Source: an uncultured bacterium
GTDB lineage: Bacteria > Fidelibacterota > Marinisomatia > Marinisomatales > UBA1611
Direction: 5' to 3'
Assembly (NCBI GenBank): GCA_943788175.1
Contig: CALSPG010000007.1
Coordinates: forward strand, 256,001 to 320,000
DNA: 64,000 nt
Shown here: in pieces, positions 20,172-27,713 of the stretch
How positions within the stretch are numbered: the first letter of the stretch is position 1
How the letters are laid out: every line of letters begins with the position of its first letter
Made by a program: the position numbers and the translations under genes
Notes under the pieces: model-generated
Databases searched by the model: none
Told to the model about the DNA's origin: nothing
What the model saw: the letters and a program-made list of their open reading frames with translations, nothing else

Positions 20172-20420
20172 TTAATCTCTATCCGAAGAACAATATTCAG
20201 TTTGGGAATCCATATATTCTTCATTGCTGTTAACCGTTACAGTCACTTCTTGGTCTTCAACAATATAAAGCACATCAAAGGGATATTGAATAGAAGCTTC
20301 TCCATCAATTTCAGGATTGTTTTCAGTCCATTCCCTTAATAATCCATATTCAGAATCATCTTCAACAGTAATAGTTGAACCATCTGGCATAGTATACGTT
20401 ACAGGTAGAATAAGCGAATG
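20172..20420 (-). pseudogene. 5'-truncated remnant of an acidic repeat protein
   Basis: Frame HSLILPVTYTMPDGSTITVEDD...IQYPFDV...TVTVNSNEE has two (Y/L)P...TxTV repeat units. It is cut upstream by an in-frame stop, with no signal peptide in frame. Confidence 0.55.
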
Positions 20421-20558
20421 CTATTAAAGTGATTTTCATTTTTTAATCTACGAATAATTACCATACAATGTGTGAGCATCTTATATACACATACCTACCC
20501 CCCCATCAAACGGGGTATGCCCCCTACTTTCGTTGAGTTAATTAATTGAAAATGAAAG

Positions 20559-20583
20559 TGTATCCCCCGTTTTTGTATCCCCC
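20559..20583. repeat. Direct repeat TGTATCCCCC x2, with a degenerate copy GTATGCCCCC at 20515-20524; candidate integrase arm-type sites
   Basis: Exact 10-bp copies at 20559-20568 and 20574-20583, about 100 bp from the tRNA-Lys 3' end. Confidence 0.5.
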
Positions 20584-20624
20584 AAACGCTAATGAATGAT
20601 TATAAATGTTTGGAATTGAAACAC

Positions 20625-20653
20625 AAAACCCCCCGAAGTTAATCGAGGGGTTT
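20625..20653 (-). terminator. Intrinsic terminator downstream of tRNA-Lys
   Basis: Minus strand AAACCCCTCGA-TTAACT-TCGGGGGGTTTT. Confidence 0.7.
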
Positions 20654-20682
20654 ATGTCGAAGAGTGTGGTATTACTCTCTAG

Positions 20683-20755
20683 TGACTCGGGTGAGACTCG
20701 AACTCACGGCCAATGGCTTAAAAGGCCACTGCTCTACCAACTGAGCTACCGAGTC
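20683..20755 (-). tRNA. tRNA-Lys(TTT); CCA not encoded
   Basis: GACTCGGTAGCTCAGTTGGTAGAGCAGTGGCCTTTTAAGCCATTGGCCGTGAGTTCGAGTCTCACCCGAGTCA folds as a cloverleaf with anticodon loop CTTTTAA. Confidence 0.95.
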
Positions 20756-20806
20756 AAATTTGATGTGAAGTTTACATAAAATAAAAAAATAATTTAATAA
20801 AAATCT

Positions 20807-21883
20807 CTAAATATCTTTTTGAACTTTTACATGCCTTTTAGAAAGGTAATCTAATATAAAATCAAAAATATTTTTATTTTTACAAACGCTTTCAGGAGGG
20901 AATACCCCTTTATTATCAAATAAGCCTTCAAGAATTAAATTAATCGTTGCTGTTGCTGTATAGCCTGTCGTTCTTGCCATTGATGATGTTTTACTGGTTT
21001 TATCAAATTCATCAAACAGTTCATAACTTATTGTTTTTTCGTCTGTCTCAATTTCGACTTTTAAAATTGTGAATTCGGGTTCGTCTTTTTCAAGTTCCCA
21101 TTCGTTAAATAAGTATTTTATTGTTTCTTCATCTTGTAAAATATCATTCTTAATATATCCTTTTATTAATTTTGAGTGTCCTGGAAACCGAAGCGTCTTT
21201 TCTGACATGTTACTAACATGAGACATAGTTTGTAAAAGAGATCGTAGTCCATCAGTATTAAAAGCTTCTAGTTTTATATCATTATTAAAATTTAATATTT
21301 CAATTTCTGATAAAGCTGGTTTGGTAATAATTTTTCCATTAATCATCATTCTTGCGGGCCTGGTATATTCTTCTATTACATCGATTGGTGAAAAAGGTGC
21401 TTTATAATTAAATGGAGCTTTTGGATATTTGGGAAGTCCGCCTACAAAGTATTTAAATGAAGTAATTTTTTCAAATGAATTGTAATAGCCAAGTATGTAA
21501 TTTGGTATACCTGGTGCCACTCCTGAGTCAAAGATGGCAGTAACATTATTTTTAATTGCATTTTTGTTTAATTCCATTAGGTCTTCTGGAGAAAATGAAA
21601 TGTCAACAACATTTTTGCCACATTCAATTATTGTTTTTAATATTTTAAACCCTAAGTGTCCTGGCACAGCCAAGAGTACAATGTCTGCGTTAATTATGAA
21701 AGATGATACCTGTTTAATGTCTCGGGCATCAACTTTTAAAATACTTATTGATGGATGATTTTTGATTTTATCATTAACGTTATCTATTTCAATATCCCCA
21801 AGTAACACATCGTGATCTTCGGCTAGGTCGAGAGCCATTGTCTGACCAATCATTCCAGAACCTATTTGACAAATTTTAGCCAT
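20807..21883 (-). CDS. Saccharopine dehydrogenase / lysine 6-dehydrogenase family oxidoreductase
   Basis: IGSGMIG Rossmann motif, GVAPG, VGGLP, FSPIDVIEEY, EAFNTDGLRSL, KTLRFPGH, SMARTTG. Confidence 0.88.
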   Translation of the reverse strand: MAKICQIGSGMIGQTMALDLAEDHDVLLGDIEIDNVNDKIKNHPSISILKVDARDIKQVSSFIINADIVLLAVPGHLGFKILKTIIECGKNVVDISFSPEDLMELNKNAIKNNVTAIFDSGVAPGIPNYILGYYNSFEKITSFKYFVGGLPKYPKAPFNYKAPFSPIDVIEEYTRPARMMINGKIITKPALSEIEILNFNNDIKLEAFNTDGLRSLLQTMSHVSNMSEKTLRFPGHSKLIKGYIKNDILQDEETIKYLFNEWELEKDEPEFTILKVEIETDEKTISYELFDEFDKTSKTSSMARTTGYTATATINLILEGLFDNKGVFPPESVCKNKNIFDFILDYLSKRHVKVQKDI

Positions 21884-22904
21884 TATTAATTTTCTCGCTT
21901 ATGTATGACTGAAAGTGGCTTACGCCAATTTCATATTTCTCTGAAAATATACCTTGATTGAATCCATTGGATTTCAACCCTTTTTGTACTTTTTCACATA
22001 TGTAGATATCTTCATTTTGGACCTCTTCACTAAAGACAATATCTTCCTTTATTTTCTTCTCTGAGACATCTTTAAAATAATAATCAAAAATAACGTTACA
22101 ATTTTGCTCATCAATTGGTTCTATAGTATTTGTTTGTAGCCTTCCAGGAGCGATATTAAATAATATGTTCGGGTATATAGTAAAGTAGAACGCTTTATTA
22201 TTATCTTCTGAATTTTTGTAGGGTGAGGAATCTGGGTTGAGAAAGCACCACTGCATTGAAAAATCATCAAATATTTCAGTTTTGTAGCTCTTGTAATTTA
22301 TGACTGTATTCAATTTTGGGTGTACTAGTGGTATATGAAAACCTTCTAAATAGTTATCCAGATAAACTTTCCAATTACATTTTATTTTGTATGTATCTCG
22401 TTTGCGGTATTTGTAATCTGAAAAGTTCAAGGGCTCAATAATTTTTTCAATCTTTTTCAAGATTTTTTTCAGATCATTATCATCATCATCATCGAACTTT
22501 ATAAATATTTGGTCCATCCAAATATAATGTTTTATAGGTTTTAATTGATATTTCTTAAAGTCTAATAACTCCTTATCAAAACCCCTTGCGGTTCTTAAGT
22601 CTCCGCTTAATTCATATGTCCAACCATGATATCCACATTTTATTTGTTTTGAATTTCCTTGATGTTCTAATAAAATGCATCCTCTGTGCTGGCATACATT
22701 GTAAAATGTATTCAAAGTATTATTATTGTCTCGGGTAAGTATAATTGGTTGGTCATTAATTGTTTTAGCAACATAATCACCTTTATTAGGAACTTGATTT
22801 ATTGAACCTAATAGGTGCCATGATTTTGAGAAAATATTTTTTTTTTCTAGTGCAAAGATTTCTTTGTCTTGATACCAGCTTGAAGAAAGTGTATTGTGGT
22901 TCAA
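21876..22904 (-). CDS. Rieske non-heme iron oxygenase alpha subunit, choline monooxygenase-like
   Basis: CQHRG...CGYHGW Rieske motif; NWKVYLDNYLEGFHIPLVHP; EDIYICEKVQKGL. Confidence 0.9.
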   Translation of the reverse strand: MNHNTLSSSWYQDKEIFALEKKNIFSKSWHLLGSINQVPNKGDYVAKTINDQPIILTRDNNNTLNTFYNVCQHRGCILLEHQGNSKQIKCGYHGWTYELSGDLRTARGFDKELLDFKKYQLKPIKHYIWMDQIFIKFDDDDDNDLKKILKKIEKIIEPLNFSDYKYRKRDTYKIKCNWKVYLDNYLEGFHIPLVHPKLNTVINYKSYKTEIFDDFSMQWCFLNPDSSPYKNSEDNNKAFYFTIYPNILFNIAPGRLQTNTIEPIDEQNCNVIFDYYFKDVSEKKIKEDIVFSEEVQNEDIYICEKVQKGLKSNGFNQGIFSEKYEIGVSHFQSYISEKINNG

Positions 22905-22907
22905 TTT

Positions 22908-23822
22908 TTAAACTTCTCTGGAAGTTCTTAAAAAAGGCTTGGTTAAGCATGTCGGCCCGCCAGAACCTTTTAGCGAAATCTCGTTTCCTTTATAGGTAAA
23001 TACCTCAACATTCTTGGCTTCGAGTTTCTTTTTTGTTATGGGGTTACCTTTAAGCATTATAACTCTCCGTGGTGAAAGTGCTAGAACATTACATCCCATA
23101 GTATAATATTCTTTATCTGAGACATCGATTAACTCAATATTATATTTTTGAAGTTGTTCTAAAAACTGCACAGGGAGTAATCTTGAATAGATTAGAAAAA
23201 GGTCGCTATCAATAGGACTTAAATTACTCATTAAATGAAGACAATCATTAGGTCCATTCCAATGTGGCAAGGGAACAGAAATTATTCGCTCAACAGAATT
23301 AGATAATATTTGTTTTAATTGTTTGATCCCCTCATTGTTCGTCCTATATCCAGTACCAACAGCAACGGTTCTTTTATTTATCCAGACAATATCACCGCCC
23401 TCTAATTTACCGGGAGAAGTAATTTCTCCTAAGATTGGTATTTTGAGTTCGATTAAAAACTCTTTAATCGCCTTACTTTCAGAAGTTCTATTTACTTTAC
23501 CCATATTACATAACACCACACCTTTATTTGTAATTACTAAAGGGTCGTGAGTGTAGATTGAATCAATTGATGTAGAATCATTCTTTTCTAAAAAATATTT
23601 TTCAATTCCAAAAGAATCTAAAATTTTAATGAATGAATCATATTCATTCAAAGATTCATTGAAGTCTGGAGCTTCAGTGAAATTTAAAGTATTGAATTCC
23701 TTATTGATTTTTTTTTGATTAATAAATGCTGTTTTTGGATGTTTTAAAATAATTTTTTCTATAGGGTCAATCATGTTATTACAATTAAAATTTATTTTTA
23801 AACTTTGTTTATTATGAGGCAT
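22908..23822 (-). CDS. Amidinotransferase / arginine deiminase / DDAH (pentein) family enzyme
   Basis: DSIYTHD, LEGGD, YRTN, LHLMS, GGPTCLT catalytic motifs. Confidence 0.88.
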   Translation of the reverse strand: MPHNKQSLKINFNCNNMIDPIEKIILKHPKTAFINQKKINKEFNTLNFTEAPDFNESLNEYDSFIKILDSFGIEKYFLEKNDSTSIDSIYTHDPLVITNKGVVLCNMGKVNRTSESKAIKEFLIELKIPILGEITSPGKLEGGDIVWINKRTVAVGTGYRTNNEGIKQLKQILSNSVERIISVPLPHWNGPNDCLHLMSNLSPIDSDLFLIYSRLLPVQFLEQLQKYNIELIDVSDKEYYTMGCNVLALSPRRVIMLKGNPITKKKLEAKNVEVFTYKGNEISLKGSGGPTCLTKPFLRTSREV

Positions 23823-23848
23823 AATTTTTTTGACTTAATTATGAATGA

Positions 23849-24793
23849 TTATTTTTGCCAAGGCATTTTATTAAGGTCATAATTTCCACCTGTTAATATT
23901 AGGCCAACTCTTTCATTTTCAAACTTCTTAGAGTTTAATAGTAGGGCAGCGAACACTATTGAGCATGAAGGTTCAATTATAATCTTTAATCGTTGCCATA
24001 TTACATACATTGAATCAATTATCATCTTTTCAGATACAAGTAAAATTTCCTCAACGTGCTCTTGTATAATAGGGAAAGTCAGTGTTCCTACTTGAGCTCT
24101 TAAGCCATCTGCTATTGTATCGGTTGTTTCATTTGACATAATTTTATTATTTATTATAGACCTATATGTATCATCAGCATTCTCTGGCTCAGCACCGTAT
24201 ATTTTCAGATTAGGGTTTAAAGCTTTAGCTGTTAATATCGTACCCGATAAAAGTCCTCCTCCGCTAACTGGGCAAATAATACTATCTAAGTCCTTTACTT
24301 CTTCGATTAGTTCCTTTGCGGCTGTGCCTTGACCAGTAATAATCTTATTATCGTTATAAGGATGAATGATAGAAGCCCCAGATTTTTTTACCATTTGATA
24401 CAAAGTTTCTTCCCTTGAGTTAATATTTGGTTCGCAAAAAACAATTTCCCCACCATATCTCTTAACATTTTCAATTTTATTTGAAGGTGTGTTTTTCGGC
24501 ATAATAACACAAGCGCTTATTCCCATATTCTTTGCAGAATATGACACAGCAGCACCATGATTTCCAGAAGATGTCGTTATAATACCATTCTTTAATTGTT
24601 TTTTATTGAGTTGTAATATTGCGTTTGTCGCACCGCGAATTTTAAATGAGCCTGTTTTTTGAAAATTCTCACACTTAAAATATAATTTAGAACTAGATTC
24701 TAAATTGAGAGTCTGGGAAGTTAACACAGGTGTTCGGTGTATGTAATTTGATATTCTATCGTGCGCTAGTTCTATATCTTTGTAGGTTATCAT
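23849..24793 (-). CDS. PLP-dependent serine/threonine dehydratase or serine racemase family
   Basis: FKCENFQKTGSFKIRGA, SSGNHG, GQGT, SGGGLLSG, TIADGL, TGGN; no ACT domain. Confidence 0.9.
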   Translation of the reverse strand: MITYKDIELAHDRISNYIHRTPVLTSQTLNLESSSKLYFKCENFQKTGSFKIRGATNAILQLNKKQLKNGIITTSSGNHGAAVSYSAKNMGISACVIMPKNTPSNKIENVKRYGGEIVFCEPNINSREETLYQMVKKSGASIIHPYNDNKIITGQGTAAKELIEEVKDLDSIICPVSGGGLLSGTILTAKALNPNLKIYGAEPENADDTYRSIINNKIMSNETTDTIADGLRAQVGTLTFPIIQEHVEEILLVSEKMIIDSMYVIWQRLKIIIEPSCSIVFAALLLNSKKFENERVGLILTGGNYDLNKMPWQK

Positions 24794-24925
24794 GACAAAA
24801 GTTAATTTTTACATAAATGTTGTATTATTCAAACTTACACACAAAAATAATATTCTTAATCAATCTTGAGATTAATTAAAAGCACCTTTTAAAAACCGAC
24901 TAAAGAGAAAGTCAATAGTGCCTTT

Positions 24926-25315
24926 TTAATTTATATTGCCTTCAACACAAGTAGTCTTAAATCCACCCCTGATATTATATATTGTTGTTATCTGTAGTTT
25001 ATTTGTTTCAAGACACAAGCATAGGTCATTATATATGCGCTTTGTAACACCTTCTTGATAAATGCCGACATTGCGAAAGCTAGTGAAATAATATTTTAAA
25101 GATTTTAATTCAACGCATTTACCTCCTGTCGGGAAGTATTCTATCTTTACCTTCGCCAGGTCAGGGAGTCCACTAAAAGGGCACACAGCACTAAATTCAT
25201 TTGTTTCAGTTTTAATATATTGATCTACTGAGTCGAACGCGAATGTTTCTAGAAAATTAGAATTAATTTTTGAGACGTCTTCAAAATTAAATGTTTCCCC
25301 TTCTGCTTTTATCAT
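24926..25315 (-). CDS. queF: PreQ0 reductase (type I QueF)
   Basis: CPFSGLPD and QueF motif [12 protein letters not shown] overlap with queD; GAGG RBS. Confidence 0.9.
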   Translation of the reverse strand: MIKAEGETFNFEDVSKINSNFLETFAFDSVDQYIKTETNEFSAVCPFSGLPDLAKVKIEYFPTGGKCVELKSLKYYFTSFRNVGIYQEGVTKRIYNDLCLCLETNKLQITTIYNIRGGFKTTCVEGNIN

Positions 25316-25674
25316 TCTTTTCCTCCTCTGTATACGCAACCAGTTAACTTTGTTTCTTTTATTTCAATCTCAAAAATGTTTGGCAGTAAAGTTTTAATTT
25401 CGCTCCAAATGTAGATGCACAAATTTTCACTAGTGGGATTTTCTAAACCTTCGATATCATTTAAATATGAATGATCAAGCAAGCTACTGATTGGGTTAAA
25501 TGCATTTTGTATATCTTCAAAATCAATAACAAATCCAGTTTTTTCATCTAAGGAACCTTTGACTTTTATTGTTATCTCAAATGAATGGCCATGCACTTTA
25601 TAGCAAGGATGAGAAAGATCAACATTAGGCAATGATCTAGCAGATTCAATATTAAATTTTTTGTATACAATCAT
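25312..25674 (-). CDS. queD: 6-carboxy-5,6,7,8-tetrahydropterin synthase
   Basis: [35 protein letters not shown]; que operon context. Confidence 0.9.
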   Translation of the reverse strand: MIVYKKFNIESARSLPNVDLSHPCYKVHGHSFEITIKVKGSLDEKTGFVIDFEDIQNAFNPISSLLDHSYLNDIEGLENPTSENLCIYIWSEIKTLLPNIFEIEIKETKLTGCVYRGGKE

Positions 25675-25682
25675 ACCGTAAT

Positions 25683-26327
25683 TTAAGGGAAACCTAATAT
25701 TTTATGTGTCTGTAAACTAAGTTTCCATTTTGGGTTTTTTTCAACAAATGTTTCAGACAATTTCTTATTTTTTTCATAATCATTATTATCCATTGGTTGA
25801 ATAAAAAAATGATTAAAATTATAGCTTTCAAACTGGATAGGTTCAAAATCTTTTTGCGGGTATACAAATTTCAGTTCGTCTCCAGTTTTGAGATTTGTTG
25901 TAGTATTATTTTTTGGACTTACACAAATCCAATCTATTTCATTTGGTGGTAATTTAGTTCCGTTTGTTTCAATACTAATTTTAAATCCGATTTTATGAAT
26001 TTCATCTACAAAGTTTTGATCTAGTTGAAGAAGTGGCTCACCACCAGTACAAACTAAAAATGGTTCTAAATTATTATCTGAAGGCCAAAGATTAGAAATA
26101 ATATCAAGAATTTCATTAATGTAATAATTCCCGCCATTCTCTCCATCTGTTCCAACAAAATCAGTATCACACCAGTCACAAATAGCCTTGGCTCTATCTT
26201 TTTCTAATCCGCTCCATAAATTGCAACCACTAAAGCGAAGAAAAACGGAAGGTCGGCCAGTATGATATCCTTCACCTTGCTTTGTTAAAAATAGCTCTTT
26301 GACTTTATATATTTTTTTTGTTTTCAT
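25683..26327 (-). CDS. queE: 7-carboxy-7-deazaguanine synthase, radical SAM, CX14CX2C type
   Basis: QGEG, RFSGCNLWSGLEKDRAKAICDWCDTDF, TGGEPLLQ, ETNGT, LSLQTHK. Confidence 0.94.
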   Translation of the reverse strand: MKTKKIYKVKELFLTKQGEGYHTGRPSVFLRFSGCNLWSGLEKDRAKAICDWCDTDFVGTDGENGGNYYINEILDIISNLWPSDNNLEPFLVCTGGEPLLQLDQNFVDEIHKIGFKISIETNGTKLPPNEIDWICVSPKNNTTTNLKTGDELKFVYPQKDFEPIQFESYNFNHFFIQPMDNNDYEKNKKLSETFVEKNPKWKLSLQTHKILGFP

Positions 26328-27010
26328 CTATATTCCAAAGGATCCACCAACCCAGCATCATGGAATCCTTTTAATCGGAGATTGCAAGCATCACAACATC
26401 CACAAGGACTGCCATATTTATTTGGCGAATAGCAAGATGATGTTATTTCATAATTAACACCTAACTCTATGCCCTCTTTAATTATTTCTGATTTTGTTAG
26501 TTTAATTAGTGGAGTATGAATTTTGTAAGTCCCTACATTCTGTAAAGCATCTTTTGTAGCAAGATTCATTAGTTGTTCAAATTTAGATATAAATTTTGGT
26601 CTACAATCTGGATACCCGCTGTAATCAATAGCATTGACACCAATAAATATGTCAAAAGCATTTAATGTTTCTGCCTTAGCAAGCGCAACGGAAAGAAAAA
26701 CAGTGTTTCTTGCGGGTACGTATGTAGATGGGATCTCTTTAGTGGTACTTAAATCTCGATTTTTTGGAATTTCAATTTTATCAGAAACGAGAGAAGATCC
26801 ACCAAAAGAAGCCAAGTCCAATTCAATAATAGCATGGCTTTTAAATTTAAATTGTTTGGCAACTAATTTTGAGGCTTCTAGCTCATAATCATGTCTTTGT
26901 CCATAGTTGATTGTAATTCCATGCATTTCATAGCCTGCATCATCCGCAATTGCTGCACATGTCGTTGAGTCTAAACCGCCTGAAAGTAAGATTACAGCCG
27001 GTTTTTTCAT
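26324..27010 (-). CDS. queC: 7-cyano-7-deazaguanine synthase
   Basis: LSGGLDS, YGQRH, TYVPARN, YPDCR, SCY...CGCCDAC. Confidence 0.96.
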   Translation of the reverse strand: MKKPAVILLSGGLDSTTCAAIADDAGYEMHGITINYGQRHDYELEASKLVAKQFKFKSHAIIELDLASFGGSSLVSDKIEIPKNRDLSTTKEIPSTYVPARNTVFLSVALAKAETLNAFDIFIGVNAIDYSGYPDCRPKFISKFEQLMNLATKDALQNVGTYKIHTPLIKLTKSEIIKEGIELGVNYEITSSCYSPNKYGSPCGCCDACNLRLKGFHDAGLVDPLEYR

Positions 27011-27289
27011 CTTTTGAAACTTTTTATAAAAATTAACATAATAAAATTATTTTTGTTAAATGTGTTATTAAATAAAAATTGAATTTTATTGAACAAGATA
27101 TTACGGTATTAGTTTTAAAATTAAATTATCATTTTATGTAAATCATTTAGGTTTTTTAAAAAAAGACACTTTAGTTGTTGCGCTAAATTTTGAACTTACA
27201 TTAAACTACGTAGTCTCTTTTGACAAAGTTTTTTAAAAAAGATTTTGAAATAAGAGGTTGACTTATGAAACACATAATTAATGTGTTTG

Positions 27290-27327
27290 AAGAAAAGGCT
27301 TCGGGTTGGCGTTTGAAGCCTTTTCTT
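27290..27327. terminator. Perfect 13-bp hairpin (terminator-like) between queC and ssrA
   Basis: AAGAAAAGGCTTC-12 nt loop-GAAGCCTTTTCTT followed by ATTTTT. Confidence 0.5.
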
Positions 27328-27355
27328 ATTTTTAGAACTTTTGCTTTTTGAAAAT

Positions 27356-27708
27356 GGGGGCGACCGGCATTCGACGGGATATGTAGGGTGCTTAACCGCA
27401 TGCGGAGGATATCAGTTCCCTCCTTAATCATCTGATAAAAACAATATATGCCGATTACGGCTATATGGCTGCAGCTTAGTTGAGGTAGCCCGCTTCTTAA
27501 TTAATTTGTCTATGGTTTTTTAAAGAAGCGTCATAAACATGGACTGGTTTCAAATTCGCTCATAAATTTGAAATGAGATTAAATGAGCTGGCTCTTTTTG
27601 ATTTGCGTCTCTGATTTAAAAAAGAGTAAGATAATAATCCGAAGACTAAGCATGTAGACGTTTATCACTAAACTATTTCGGACGGGAGTTCGATTCTCCC
27701 CGCCTCCA
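27356..27708 (+). ncRNA. ssrA: tmRNA; tag peptide (A)ADYGYMAAA at 27450-27479
   Basis: 5' GGGGGCGACCGGCATTCGACGGG; GCATG pairing partners; 3' GACGGGAGTTCGATTCTCCCCGCCTCCA with G3-U Ala identity; tag ORF GCC GAT TAC GGC TAT ATG GCT GCA GCT TAG. Confidence 0.95.
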
Positions 27709-27713
27709 CTAAT

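Noticed and set aside
20490-20525. Phage cos/pac site
   Set aside because: The G/C runs are suggestive, but there is no terminase, HNH or other phage gene; kept only as part of the island-remnant finding.
24926-27010. queCEDF as a 7-deazaguanine DNA-modification (dpd) defence system
   Set aside because: No dpdA/TGT-like or dpdB-K genes nearby, and QueF directs flux to preQ1 for tRNA queuosine.
27011-27290. preQ1 riboswitch upstream of queC
   Set aside because: An AAAAAACT tract exists on the minus strand, but no P1 stem with the conserved loop precedes it.
27201-27431. 76-aa minus-strand ORF
   Set aside because: It is antisense to the tmRNA 5' end and the hairpins, with no recognisable protein features.
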